Source: a bacterium
GTDB taxonomy: Bacteria; Zhuqueibacterota; Zhuqueibacteria; Zhuqueibacterales; Zhuqueibacteraceae
DNA: 35,011 bases
Assembly (NCBI GenBank): GCA_044869275.1
Contig: JBIOXB010000010.1
Location: 1 to 35,011 of the forward strand
Reading direction: 5' to 3'
Positions within the stretch are counted from its first letter, which is position 1, and each line of letters starts with the position of its first letter. The notes below the pieces were generated by a model. The model was given only the letters and a program-made list of their open reading frames with translations. It did no database searches and had not been told where the DNA came from. This document shows, piece by piece, positions 24,433 to 34,316 of this stretch. The position numbers and the translations under genes were made by a program.

Positions 24433-25224
24433 TTAGGGCAGCACGCCCTCGGCAACTTCGAAGGTGAAGAATTTCACAGTGGCCCAGCTCGCCTTCACCA
24501 GAGGATCATTTTTGAGAAGAGACTGGGCGTCTTTCAGCGATTTCGCTTGCAGAACGGCAAAGCCCCGGGGATCGTCGCGATCATCAAAAGTGCCATAGAA
24601 TTTCAGCGAGCCTGCTTGTTGCAGTTTCAATATGTTCTCAATATGCTTGCCCAGAAGCTTTCTGGTGCTCTCACTTTCCTCGGCGCTCCATTTGTCCCCT
24701 TTGGACAAAACAGCCAAATAGTGAGTTGACTTGGCGGCGGTGCCGATAGTGCTTGGCTTGAGGCCGGTGGGAATATTGCTGCCCACACCCTTGGTGCCCC
24801 AAATCTTGCGAAACTGCGGGGAAAAACGTCCCGCGCTCACCGCAGGGGCGGCCGCGGTAAGGGTTTGCACTTGGGCCAGCGAGTCTCCTTTGAAGAACAG
24901 CAGCCATCCCCAATCCTCACCTTCGAGCACGCGGCCCGCGCCCACGAGCTTTTTTGACGCAACCAAATCGGCCAAATATACCCGATTGGCTTTGGCGATC
25001 TCATCCAATGCATTGCTCTCCGTGGCAACCCAGTTTGGTCCACGGCGCGCGATGCCGACGTAGTATTTGGTGAGCGAGGCGGCGAATATGGACATCGCGT
25101 CACCCTGTTGAGAATTAAGCTCGGCAGCGGCCTGAGCACGGTTTTCGCCGAGCTCCCCGGGAGCGAAAGCATGGCCAGACCAAAGCATTACGCTCCACAA
25201 CAACACGCTAGTGAGGTGCATCAT
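24433..25224 (-). CDS. Secreted protein with two tandem YciI-like domains
   Basis: Signal peptide. Repeat 1 YYVGIARRGPNW...KLVGAGRV. Repeat 2 HYLAVLSKGDKW...HIENILKLQQAGSLKFYGTF...NDPLVKA. Confidence 0.75.
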   Translation of the reverse strand: MMHLTSVLLWSVMLWSGHAFAPGELGENRAQAAAELNSQQGDAMSIFAASLTKYYVGIARRGPNWVATESNALDEIAKANRVYLADLVASKKLVGAGRVLEGEDWGWLLFFKGDSLAQVQTLTAAAPAVSAGRFSPQFRKIWGTKGVGSNIPTGLKPSTIGTAAKSTHYLAVLSKGDKWSAEESESTRKLLGKHIENILKLQQAGSLKFYGTFDDRDDPRGFAVLQAKSLKDAQSLLKNDPLVKASWATVKFFTFEVAEGVLP

Positions 25225-25258
25225 AGTTCCTTCCTTTCCAGAATATGGTTTTTGAAAG

Positions 25259-26755
25259 TTAAGGCGTGAACCTCAGCGTGAACAGAACATTGTGAGAAGC
25301 AATGGTCTGCTCGGCGCCGCTGTCGTTGCCGGTCTGCTCGTTCTTGTTTTCGCCTCGCCAGCCATAGGCATATCCCAGGTCGAAATGCATAAAGTCGTTC
25401 GAGTTGATGCCGACTCCGGCCGTCAAAAACTTTTGGCCATTGCGCGAGGGGTCGTTCAAATAAGGAGAAGGTCGATACATGCCTCCCGCACGCGCGCTCA
25501 GTCCGGTGAAGGGCAGGCGGAATTCCACTCCGGCGTTCAAGTTCACCACCGCTGACAACTCGTCATTGATCCGCTTGTTGATCGAGGTCCGGTCCGGAAG
25601 ATCGCCTAAACCCGAGGTGATCTTCATCGCAGAATAGTCAACATAGTTGAGCTCCGCGGTGCCGGTGAGAATCCACAGATTCATCATCGCGCCGACCGTC
25701 ACCTCGGAGGGCGGCCTGAAATGGTAGAGCGACTGGGTCTCTGTTTCAGGAACGACGATGCTGTGATTTGAGGCAAACTGGCTCTTGCCGCTGATGAAGA
25801 TATTTTCGTCCACCTTGTGGGACGAGGGCACCTTAAAGGAAGCGCTCACGCCGATGAAATTCGCCAATTTGTACAGAATGCCAAAGCGGACATCCCAACC
25901 ACGATATTGCTTGCTCCGCACCACACGGTAGTCTGTGCTGACGAAGCCATCAGTCTGCAAATCGCCCGGGATGGTCTGCACGCCTGTGGGGTACGCATCG
26001 TTGATGTCGGCAGCGGACAATTCGAGATCGCTGTTGTAGTAACCGGTGTTGTAGCTGCCACTCAAGCCGACAAAGATGTTGTGCGCCGCTTCGACCGAAA
26101 AGCCAAAGGAAAAATGCGTCAGGCCTCCGTCGTCAAGCAGATAACCATTCTCGTACATGTTGGCACCGAGGATGGTGTGGTCTCCGAGATAGTGGTTGGA
26201 GGAGTCGTATGTCGGGTAGGAGAGGCCGAGGGCCCTCGCCGTCGGATCGGCACGAGCAGCAAGCACTTCTACAAATGACGGCGATCCGCCGTTGAGGCCC
26301 TCATACTTGAAGCCGAGGTCGAAATCTTTGGGCTGGGTATACCCCAACCCGATGACCCAGTTGCGTGTCGAGTCGAGCCGGAAGGGAATGGTGATCCCGA
26401 TCTGGCCCGCCGGCGTGCTGGTGGTGGTAAAATCGGTGTGCGTGCCATAGTAGTCCGAAGTGCTCTTGAAGGCATTGGTGTTCCAGGTTGCGGTATAGCT
26501 GGCTTTGCGGCCCACGGCCATCGTCGCTGGGTTGAAACGGAGGGCGGAGAAATCGTACCCAATCGTGGAATAAGCGTTGCCCAGGCCCAGCGCCCGGGCA
26601 TTGAAGTGCAAGCCCTGCCGCGAGACGCGGATCGCGTCCGCAATCTGCTGGCTGAAGGCGGCGTGGGAGGCCAGGAGAATCATTAGCGTTATCAGGCGGG
26701 GTATGACGGCGGAAAGCTTCGGCTTTGTTTCATTTGGAATAGTTGGTTTCATCAT
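25259..26755 (-). CDS. Outer-membrane beta-barrel, FadL/OmpP1-like transport protein
   Basis: Signal peptide. ARALGLGNAY...DFSALRFNPA N-terminal hatch motif. Alternating beta-strands, LNAGVEFR, ARAGGMYRPSPY, DLGYAY. Confidence 0.8.
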   Translation of the reverse strand: MMKPTIPNETKPKLSAVIPRLITLMILLASHAAFSQQIADAIRVSRQGLHFNARALGLGNAYSTIGYDFSALRFNPATMAVGRKASYTATWNTNAFKSTSDYYGTHTDFTTTSTPAGQIGITIPFRLDSTRNWVIGLGYTQPKDFDLGFKYEGLNGGSPSFVEVLAARADPTARALGLSYPTYDSSNHYLGDHTILGANMYENGYLLDDGGLTHFSFGFSVEAAHNIFVGLSGSYNTGYYNSDLELSAADINDAYPTGVQTIPGDLQTDGFVSTDYRVVRSKQYRGWDVRFGILYKLANFIGVSASFKVPSSHKVDENIFISGKSQFASNHSIVVPETETQSLYHFRPPSEVTVGAMMNLWILTGTAELNYVDYSAMKITSGLGDLPDRTSINKRINDELSAVVNLNAGVEFRLPFTGLSARAGGMYRPSPYLNDPSRNGQKFLTAGVGINSNDFMHFDLGYAYGWRGENKNEQTGNDSGAEQTIASHNVLFTLRFTP

Positions 26756-26933
26756 CTCTCTTGAGTGAGGTTAGCCTTCATCTTCAAAACCAGAAGCAGC
26801 CTATGGCCGTTTGGGCTTTGAAGTTTACAATTTAAATTTTGGGTTTTGCGCTTCGCCTGCTGAGCTCATGCCTCTCTTCGACACCGCCGTCTTGCGGGCC
26901 TCGGAAATTGTCAGGCAGCGACAAATGTTAATT

Positions 26934-26962
26934 AGAATACACATTTTTTTCTTGAATGTCAA
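26934..26962 (-). promoter_or_regulatory. Sigma70-type promoter for the FadL-like gene with about 170-nt 5' UTR
   Basis: Minus strand TTGACA (26962-26957), 17 nt, TATTCT (26939-26934), in an AT-rich tract. Confidence 0.65.
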
Positions 26963-27027
26963 TTCAACTGAGCATTGCATTTTGTGCCGCAATTTTGATA
27001 CGTCATAGTGCAAAAAATTCCACTTTA

Positions 27028-27957
27028 CTATTCAGGTCCAGACGGCTTGAGAATCGCCAGTTTTACCCATATCGGCTTATGATCGCTGGAACGCGAGGCG
27101 GTCACCGTGCCGGCGTCGAGGCGGCGCAAGCCTTTGACAAAAACATGATCCAGCGGCGCTACAAAAATCCAGCGCTTCGCCGTTGGTTCTAAGGGCGACG
27201 AGGCGAGCACGTATTCATTTTTTCGGAAAAGAAAACTGTGCGCGTAGAGGCTGGCACGCGAGGCGGTGTTAAAATCGCCGCCGATGATCACGTGCGGGAA
27301 TTTCGCCGGGACGCTTTTCAAAACGGCTTCCGCTTGCTGGAATTTTTTCTCCTCGCCTTGCACCCAAGTGGCGGTGTGCACGCAATACGTCAGAATCTCA
27401 ATCCCGGCGATTTCGATGAGGGCGGCGACGGCGATGCGCCGCGTTCCGTTGCCCATCAAAGCGTAGGGCAGAAGAATTTTCCTGTCTTCGCGGATCGGCC
27501 ATTTCGCCAAAATTGCGTTCCCAAAATTTTTGCCGCTTTGGGGATGCAGCGTCGCGGGATAATAGACATAGTTGCAAGCCAGCGCGCGCGCAATGGCATC
27601 CACACCGGCTTCGTCCATTTCCTGAAGCAGGAGAATATCCGCATTCTGCAGCTCGGTAAATGCCGAGAGCTCATGAGCAGCGAGCGCAATGCTATCGGCA
27701 AATTTAATGTTGAACGAAACGAGCTTGAGAGTATCGTTGAAAACCCGGCCCGGCGCGGCATACTGGCCCGAGAATCTCGGCCCCTCCGGATCGAGATAGT
27801 TTTTCGCCGGGGTGCACGAAAAAATGGCGGCACCTGCCGCCATCACAGCCAACAAAACTAGCGGGCGGCTCCAAAGCAGCCGCCGATTGCGGAGTGCAGG
27901 CGCGCTGGAATTGCCACGATCGCCGCCCGCGGAATCCTCATTCAAATTTGCCCACAT
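27028..27957 (-). CDS. Endonuclease/exonuclease/phosphatase (EEP) family lipoprotein; start uncertain
   Basis: Lipobox AIFSC. SFNI, LLQEMD, GNAIL, GGDFN, LDHVF, SSDHKP. Confidence 0.88.
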   Translation of the reverse strand: MWANLNEDSAGGDRGNSSAPALRNRRLLWSRPLVLLAVMAAGAAIFSCTPAKNYLDPEGPRFSGQYAAPGRVFNDTLKLVSFNIKFADSIALAAHELSAFTELQNADILLLQEMDEAGVDAIARALACNYVYYPATLHPQSGKNFGNAILAKWPIREDRKILLPYALMGNGTRRIAVAALIEIAGIEILTYCVHTATWVQGEEKKFQQAEAVLKSVPAKFPHVIIGGDFNTASRASLYAHSFLFRKNEYVLASSPLEPTAKRWIFVAPLDHVFVKGLRRLDAGTVTASRSSDHKPIWVKLAILKPSGPE

Positions 27958-28008
27958 GCCCTTCCAAACAATTTTGTCGGGTAACAGTTCCAAGGTGGCG
28001 GCATTTGC

Positions 28009-29664
28009 TCACGGCTGTGCCGGCACTTCGAACCATTTCTCCTTGGGCACCCACACCGGGGCCGGTGGATCGGCTTCGTAGTGCGGCGACATGATCTGCA
28101 CGCCGTGTTCGTTGAAGACATCCTGAATATGAGCGTGCAACACGCTCAAGGCGCGCACGCGTGCCTGGGGTATTTCCAGATAAGCGCAAAGCCGGTATTC
28201 AACATAGAAGTCGGAGAGCGCGGCCTGCAGGACGAATGGCGGCGGCTCCCGGCGCAAGTCCGGCGTGCGCTCGGCCGCCATGATCAACATCGCATGCACC
28301 TGGCGCCAGGGCGTGGAATATCCGATGGTCACGGCGGTGTCAATGATGACGCCGCGCGCGTCGGCCAGGCGCGAGAAATTTTTGACTGTGGTGCCGAGAA
28401 TGACGGCATTAGGAACGCTTACTTCCTCGCGTTTGTTGGTTTTAATTTTGGTGGTGAGCATGCCCAGCGAAGTCACCGTGCCCTCGGTGTCGGCGATGCG
28501 CACATAATCACCGACGCGAAAGGAGCGCGAATACATGAGCACCAGCCCGCTCATCGCCTGATTCATGATGCCGGTAGAGCCCAGCGACAACACCAGCCCG
28601 ACGAATACGCTGATGCCTTTGAAGGCCTCGCTGTGGCTGCCGGGCAAATAAGGATAGGCCACCACCAACGCCAACACCCAAAGCAAGGCCATCACGATGC
28701 GCCGGGTGGGAGATATCGTCTCGAGGTGCAGCCAGGGCATGTCGATGCGGCGCGCCTCAACCGCGGAGAAAAAGGCGCGCACCAGGCGAATGGCAAAGCG
28801 CGTGAAGACAAAAATCAAAGCGAGGGCGATCAGGTCGGGAATGGTGCCGACGATGGCCAGCGCGAATTGCTTGAGCAGAGCCAGAAAGTTTTCGCGCATG
28901 GCGTCGCCCCAGGGCCGGGTGAGCGGAAAACGCCGCAACGAAAACGTCAGCCACAGATATGCCGCCAGCACACCCAAAATCCAGGCAAGCGCGGTGATTG
29001 TACGCTGTATAAAAGCGAGGGTGCGGCTGGCGCTCACGACCTCCAAATGCTCGGTGGCGACTTTGGTCACGCGCGCATTCACGACTTTTTGGATGCGGCT
29101 GGACAAGAAGCGATGGCCGAGCACAATGAGCCTGACCAAAAACCAGAAAATGGCAGTGGCGAGCGCGGTGAACAGCACCCCTTGGAGCAGGAAGGTAAAG
29201 CTGCGATGTTTCTTTTCGTCGGCCAGAGCTTGCGCGAGAAGATCCACGCTTCGTGCGCCTGCTTCCTCCAGCGTTTCACCGGAGAGCGGATCGAGGTCGC
29301 CGGCGGTAATGACGAATGCGCCTTGCCCGTTGACTGAGATTAGCAATCCCTGCGGGATGTTCCGCGAGGCCACGCTGTCCGCTTTGCCGGAAGCGATAAT
29401 GCGTTCGAGGCGCTGGCGTGCGTCTTGCGCGCGCTGCGGCGGCGCATAACCGAGAACCGGGGCGCGAAAAATCATGAGCGCGCGGCCCTGGAGCACGAGG
29501 GTATCGGGCTTGGCCCCTGCCTCTGGCAAAGCAATGAGCGTATCCGAAAAAGATGAGCTCCTTGCGGGAGGCTGTGCCGCCAGCATGGCGGGAAATAGTG
29601 CCACCACCAGCATTGCCGCGCGAGTCAACTCGAAAGTGCGCGCGGGGCGATCTGGAGTGATCAT
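28009..29664 (-). CDS. MscS-family mechanosensitive channel with N-terminal periplasmic domain
   Basis: SGLVLMYSRSFRVGDYVRI...EGTVTSLGMLTTKI...VPNA, VTIGYSTPW, IQDVFNEHGVQIMSPHY. Confidence 0.92.
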   Translation of the reverse strand: MITPDRPARTFELTRAAMLVVALFPAMLAAQPPARSSSFSDTLIALPEAGAKPDTLVLQGRALMIFRAPVLGYAPPQRAQDARQRLERIIASGKADSVASRNIPQGLLISVNGQGAFVITAGDLDPLSGETLEEAGARSVDLLAQALADEKKHRSFTFLLQGVLFTALATAIFWFLVRLIVLGHRFLSSRIQKVVNARVTKVATEHLEVVSASRTLAFIQRTITALAWILGVLAAYLWLTFSLRRFPLTRPWGDAMRENFLALLKQFALAIVGTIPDLIALALIFVFTRFAIRLVRAFFSAVEARRIDMPWLHLETISPTRRIVMALLWVLALVVAYPYLPGSHSEAFKGISVFVGLVLSLGSTGIMNQAMSGLVLMYSRSFRVGDYVRIADTEGTVTSLGMLTTKIKTNKREEVSVPNAVILGTTVKNFSRLADARGVIIDTAVTIGYSTPWRQVHAMLIMAAERTPDLRREPPPFVLQAALSDFYVEYRLCAYLEIPQARVRALSVLHAHIQDVFNEHGVQIMSPHYEADPPAPVWVPKEKWFEVPAQP

Positions 29665-29677
29665 CTCGATCTCTTCT

Positions 29678-31042
29678 TTAAAAGTTAAAACCGAACAACA
29701 GTTTTATCCTGCGGAACGACAATTTGGTGTCGCTCGCCGCGCCCCACAGCCCGGCTTCTTCCGGGTTGGAAAATTCAAACAGTTCCTGCACGGTTTCGCC
29801 GCCGAAAGAATACGCCAGGCCCACCGTGATCTCCGCATTTTTCACCTGAAAAGAAGTTCCGCCCGAAATGTGATAGATGTCCCATCGCGAAAGCGTGAGA
29901 TTCGTCTCTGAGCCTTGTTTGCGCGCGGTAAAATCCGTGACAAAACTGCCGGAAATAAGAGACTTCTCGCCGGTGCGATACTCGAACCCGATGCCGAAAT
30001 TGGTCACACTGGCAAGCTCATGGGTGAGCGGGTTGGAAAGTGTGTCGCCGGAGCTTTGCGCAACGTAGTCCTCCGTCTGTAACACGTCGAATTTATTCAC
30101 GGCGGCAAACCATTCCGCGCTGACGTGAATTTTGGTTTTGCCGAAATCGTAAGCGCCGCCGGCACCGGCGGCCCAGGAGGAGGCGTAATCGGATTTCACG
30201 CCTTCCTGGAAATTGCTGGAGAATTCATTGTCGGCCACGCCATCGCCGTCCCGATCCACGCCATTCAGGAAATAATGCGCCCCGGTGGAGCCCTGGCCCA
30301 GCAAATTCACGCTCGGCGTGGTGACGGTCAGACCTAAGGTCAAGGGTCTGAGGTTGAGGCCCAGCCCGGTCTTGGCGAGCAAGCGGTAATTCTGGTACCG
30401 AAACGAGCGAATGTCCGTGAGCGAGGCCGCTCCGCCATCGCTTTCCAACGCTTGCATTATAATTTCCCGGCTCAGCTTTTGATTGCGATAGGCGACGTAA
30501 GGCGAAATCCCGAGACCGATCTTTTCACTGAGCTTGCGCGCCCAGGTCAAGCCCACCCAAACCTCCTCAAAATCCTGGTCAAAGGAGAGGCCGCCGGCGA
30601 AATCTTCCAATCCGGGGGCCGCAGGAATGACGTCCTTTTGTTCGATGCGGCGCGTGGTGACTTCCACATTCATCTTTTGGCGGGTCAATATCGAGATCGC
30701 GATCTGATCCGCTCCCAGCAATCTGAATTTCAACGCAGCTGCCACAAAACTGGGCGAAGGAGAAATAGACGAAGCGGAAAGGTCCTTTCCCGGCCCGCCG
30801 CCGTTCGAGGCGGTGACTGTGTTGTGTTCATAAACCTTGGCGCTGAGGATGAAACCCGGATTCTCGAATAACGCGACCGCGCCCGGGTTGTAATAAGTTG
30901 CGCTCAAATCCGATACGCTGCCAATGACCGCACCGCCCAAAAGAGTCGCGCGCGTGCCGTATTGGATGTTCCAATACTGGGTATCCTGCGCCGCGGCCGC
31001 GGCCGTGAGCAGCACCCATACCGTGAGCACCCGTACATACAT
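29678..31042 (-). CDS. Second FadL-like outer-membrane beta-barrel
   Basis: Signal peptide. YGTRATLLGGAV...DLSATYYNPGA hatch-like motif. C-terminal LLFGFNF beta-signal. GGAGGA RBS. Confidence 0.75.
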   Translation of the reverse strand: MYVRVLTVWVLLTAAAAAQDTQYWNIQYGTRATLLGGAVIGSVSDLSATYYNPGAVALFENPGFILSAKVYEHNTVTASNGGGPGKDLSASSISPSPSFVAAALKFRLLGADQIAISILTRQKMNVEVTTRRIEQKDVIPAAPGLEDFAGGLSFDQDFEEVWVGLTWARKLSEKIGLGISPYVAYRNQKLSREIIMQALESDGGAASLTDIRSFRYQNYRLLAKTGLGLNLRPLTLGLTVTTPSVNLLGQGSTGAHYFLNGVDRDGDGVADNEFSSNFQEGVKSDYASSWAAGAGGAYDFGKTKIHVSAEWFAAVNKFDVLQTEDYVAQSSGDTLSNPLTHELASVTNFGIGFEYRTGEKSLISGSFVTDFTARKQGSETNLTLSRWDIYHISGGTSFQVKNAEITVGLAYSFGGETVQELFEFSNPEEAGLWGAASDTKLSFRRIKLLFGFNF

Positions 31043-31166
31043 TTTGTTCCTCCTCGTTCAGTCTTTCGATTGCAGCCGCCCTTCAAAAATCGCCTCATTT
31101 GTTTTGCTGCTCGAACTTTTCCCTCACCGCTCGCGTTCCGCCCCTGGTGTATCATGCCTTCCCGGG

Positions 31167-31697
31167 TCACAGTCCGATCACCAGCAGCACTCGCAAGTCG
31201 GGAATGTCTCCTGACCCAAACCTGGCTTCGACGTTCAACGGCCTTTTCAAGTTGGGAGAAATGCGCATGCCGGCAACGACCGTCAGTCCCACGTTCCAAC
31301 TGGACCCGGAGCCGTGAGGATTCATAAACGCCACCGTCGGGCCAGCGCCGCCATAGATGACGCGCGTGGTGCCTTCGACGCGCAGACGCCAAATAAAATC
31401 AAAGTTCAAGGCGATCGTGGTGATATTGTCGCCGAATCCAAAATCCACACTGGGCACCAGGCGCGGGGGCTTTTTGCGATCCACGCCGAAGCGAAAGCCG
31501 ATGACAAATTGCTCCGGGTTCAGCCCGACTCCCACGCGCACGCCCGGACCGCGATCAGCGTTCTTCTCGAGTGCCTCCTGCCCCTCCTCTGCCACTTTCT
31601 TTACGGCTTTCGCCGTGGCTTGGGCAAATCCCTGCTGCACGCCGCAACCTCCTATTAACACGGCAGCGATGATGCCAGTCGTCAGCTTGCTGTTCAT
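31167..31697 (-). CDS. Small (about 8-stranded) outer-membrane beta-barrel protein
   Basis: Signal peptide. Alternating strands GVRVGVG, LVPSVDFGFG, IYGGAGP, LNVEARFG. Confidence 0.7.
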   Translation of the reverse strand: MNSKLTTGIIAAVLIGGCGVQQGFAQATAKAVKKVAEEGQEALEKNADRGPGVRVGVGLNPEQFVIGFRFGVDRKKPPRLVPSVDFGFGDNITTIALNFDFIWRLRVEGTTRVIYGGAGPTVAFMNPHGSGSSWNVGLTVVAGMRISPNLKRPLNVEARFGSGDIPDLRVLLVIGL

Positions 31698-31763
31698 CTT
31701 TGCACGAGGTCAAGTGTTTGTAAAAATCACCATAACTGCATTCAGCGCAGCAGTCGTTCGACA

Positions 31764-32645
31764 TTAAAATGTAAACGACGCGCTCACCTTCAATGCTTCC
31801 AACGTCAGCGGCCGCTCGGTGACGAAGGGCCAGTTCATCTCTTCCCGCATTTGCCAGTAAAAAACGTAAGCCAAGCCGTTGCGCAGGGCAAAAGTAATCA
31901 ACGGGCCGAGCACGGGGCTCGCATCGACGATGGCATCGGAATAGCCGACGATGGCGGAATAGCCGATGCTTTGTATCATCATACTGCCAAACCATTTTCC
32001 AAAGAGATGTCGCGGAAACACGACGCCGAATTCATATCCGCCGGAGACCGCCAAGCTCTTGCCCAGCCTCACTTTCATGCCGGCTTCGGAAACTTGCCCG
32101 AAGCGATAGCTGCCTTGGTAGCGTTCGACAATGGTGAGGGCCTCCGGGTCAAGAGCCTCCTTATTTTCAGCCTCGATTTTGGTCCACGCCAGCCCAAAAT
32201 AACTGTACGGCAGCAGCGCCAGAGGGCCCATTTGGTAGCCATAGCCCTGGCGATTGCCCAGGCCGAAGCGCGTGGCTTTGGCCAGGCCTTCATTCTGGCT
32301 TTCCTCTCCCGAAGACAAGTCCTTGGAAAAGTAGCCGCCGAACAGGTAGCTTTCGTTGATGGTATACACATAGTCTTTGTATTGCTGGATCTGGCTAAAG
32401 CCGAGGCGGAACTCCGCCAGGCCCGTGTTGGAAAATTCGTCGGGGAAAGATTTGTGCTTGGGCGCACCGGCTCCGTAGGCTGATTCAAAGTATGGGCGGA
32501 AGTTGCCTTGGCGGATGCGCTCCATGAAAGTCTGGCCTTCATAACTATACTGGCCGGCGGAGTCTGAAGCCGCTTGTGCCAAGACCGGCCGGGGTATGGC
32601 AAACGAAATCAGAAACAGCACGAGAACGATTCGAATAAAAGTCAT
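31764..32645 (-). CDS. Hypothetical outer-membrane protein with an internal hydrophobic helical insertion
   Basis: AAGGAG RBS before ATG 32645. Signal peptide ending VLA-QA. Beta-strand pattern. C-terminal KVSASFTF. Confidence 0.65.
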   Translation of the reverse strand: MTFIRIVLVLFLISFAIPRPVLAQAASDSAGQYSYEGQTFMERIRQGNFRPYFESAYGAGAPKHKSFPDEFSNTGLAEFRLGFSQIQQYKDYVYTINESYLFGGYFSKDLSSGEESQNEGLAKATRFGLGNRQGYGYQMGPLALLPYSYFGLAWTKIEAENKEALDPEALTIVERYQGSYRFGQVSEAGMKVRLGKSLAVSGGYEFGVVFPRHLFGKWFGSMMIQSIGYSAIVGYSDAIVDASPVLGPLITFALRNGLAYVFYWQMREEMNWPFVTERPLTLEALKVSASFTF

Positions 32646-32677
32646 GAAAACTCCTTGCACATGGTTTCAAACATTCT

Positions 32678-33376
32678 CTAAAACAAGAAAAATAATCCGG
32701 CGGAGACGTCACCCTGCAAAATCGCGGAGCCGCCGCTCACACCGACACCGGAGCCGCCGCTGCCGAACCAGAAGCTGGTGCCGTAAAAATTCATGGGCAT
32801 CAAGAGACGTGCCTGCAGGCGCAAGCCGGCGCGCTCGCCGAGGTAACTTTTCACGCCCACGCCCAAGGACATGGCAAAGCGCCATTCATCTTCAATCTGA
32901 AAGTTTTCAAAGCTTTTTTGTTTGGGCGCAAAGCGTGCCGCGCCCAGCGTAAAGCCGCCGAATGGTGAAACGCTGCCCATCCGGCGATTGTACATGGCGC
33001 CAATTTGATAGTATTCCACCGCCGCGTCGAAAAGGGTTTCGGTCGCACCGGAGGGATAGGCCTTCAAATCAACGCTGGTGTTCTGCCGGGAGTAACCGAG
33101 CTCCACCATGGCTTCGGGCCGGGAGGGAATGGGAAAACCGATGCTGCCACCAAAACTTTCATTGTCCTGAATCTCAATCTCACCCTGATAGGCGGTGAAA
33201 TCGCCGCCATACTGCCAGCCATAGAAGCCGCTGAGCTCGATGCCTTTGGTGTTCGAAGAACTGGGCTCGCGATTTGCCCTCCTTTGCGCCTTCGCATTGT
33301 CAAAAGCGGATATCATGGCGGCCAGCGCCATGACGAACATGGCGCGCGCCGTCATGCTTTGAGACTTGCTCTTCAT
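32678..33376 (-). CDS. Outer-membrane beta-barrel domain protein (OmpA/OmpW-like barrel)
   Basis: Start at ATG 33376. IELSGFYGWQYGG, VELGYSRQ, PFGGFTLGAARF, SLGVGVKSY, GLRLQAR, C-terminal SAGLFFLF. Confidence 0.8.
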   Translation of the reverse strand: MKSKSQSMTARAMFVMALAAMISAFDNAKAQRRANREPSSSNTKGIELSGFYGWQYGGDFTAYQGEIEIQDNESFGGSIGFPIPSRPEAMVELGYSRQNTSVDLKAYPSGATETLFDAAVEYYQIGAMYNRRMGSVSPFGGFTLGAARFAPKQKSFENFQIEDEWRFAMSLGVGVKSYLGERAGLRLQARLLMPMNFYGTSFWFGSGGSGVGVSGGSAILQGDVSAGLFFLF

Positions 33377-33499
33377 ATAGAGTCCCTTCTTTAAAAAGAC
33401 GCCCGCAAGGAACACGCGGGTGATCTTATCTTTCTGCGACCGTCCGTTGCGTCTGCCTAACCGCTTCAAGCGATAGGGATTCGGTTTGTAAATAAGCGC

Positions 33500-34120
33500 T
33501 TACTGCTCCCACACGAAGCCGGCGTTCAGTCCCCAGTAGGCGAGCTTGAAATCGTTACCGGCAATGGCTTCGCCGGTGAAAGCATAGTTGAACTTGCCAT
33601 TGATCATGAACTTGGTGGTATAATTGAGAGGAATGACCACACCCACTTCCGGCGCCACGCCCCATTCCCAGCTATCTCTCTGCAGCGAGGCGAAACCCAG
33701 ATCGAAACGCTGCGTCACGATGAATCCGCCGGCATTCAAACCGGCATAAGGCCGGGCGCTGCCTTCCCTCCCGAAGTAACGATGCACGTTCAGCATCATA
33801 GGGAAGGAATTGATATAGCGGTCTTGCACACCGGTGACCGCTCCAATTTTCAGCGGGAATGTTTCGTTGATACGTTCGTGAAAAACATTCCATCCCAAAA
33901 ATAGACCGACCGTGGTCGCCGGCTTAATCGACTTTCTGAAATCCAGGCCGAAGCCGCGAAAGCTGGTGGCATCGGTGAACTTCTTCGCGTCGCCGGTTGG
34001 CAAAGAAACCTCATACGTGGCGGCGCCAAACCATTGTCCCTGCCCCAGGCTAATGGCAGGCAGCAGCGCATTTACGGCAAAGGCCATGACCAGCGCAAAT
34101 ATGGATTTCGTGAATTTCAT
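33500..34120 (-). CDS. Outer-membrane beta-barrel protein (OmpW-like)
   Basis: Signal peptide. YEVSLPTGD...SFRGFGLDFR, PYAGLNAG, WGVAPEVGVVIP, YWGLNAGF. Confidence 0.8.
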   Translation of the reverse strand: MKFTKSIFALVMAFAVNALLPAISLGQGQWFGAATYEVSLPTGDAKKFTDATSFRGFGLDFRKSIKPATTVGLFLGWNVFHERINETFPLKIGAVTGVQDRYINSFPMMLNVHRYFGREGSARPYAGLNAGGFIVTQRFDLGFASLQRDSWEWGVAPEVGVVIPLNYTTKFMINGKFNYAFTGEAIAGNDFKLAYWGLNAGFVWEQ

Positions 34121-34316
34121 TGTCGTTCTCCGTTGGAAAAGGGCCGGAGGTCAAACTCCGCCAAGCTTGCTGCTCAATAAATTTTCCGGTCTTGCACCCG
34201 GCATTGCGATTCTGACTGAATCTTGCTCGAATCGCGCATCGTGTTGCTGCGTCTCAAGATTCATGTCGCAGGACACCGGCACGGGGGTGATAAAAAGCAG
34301 AGGCGACCAGGGGCTT

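Noticed and set aside
26970..27003. Possible sigma54 promoter (GGCAC...TGC)
   Set aside because: GG-to-GC spacing is 8 nt rather than the required 10.
28081..29337. 418-aa plus-strand ORF
   Set aside because: Antisense shadow of the MscS gene.
34129..34140. TCCGTTGGAAAA identical to 1863-1874
   Set aside because: A single 12-mer overlapping an RBS with no partner arm. Could be chance.
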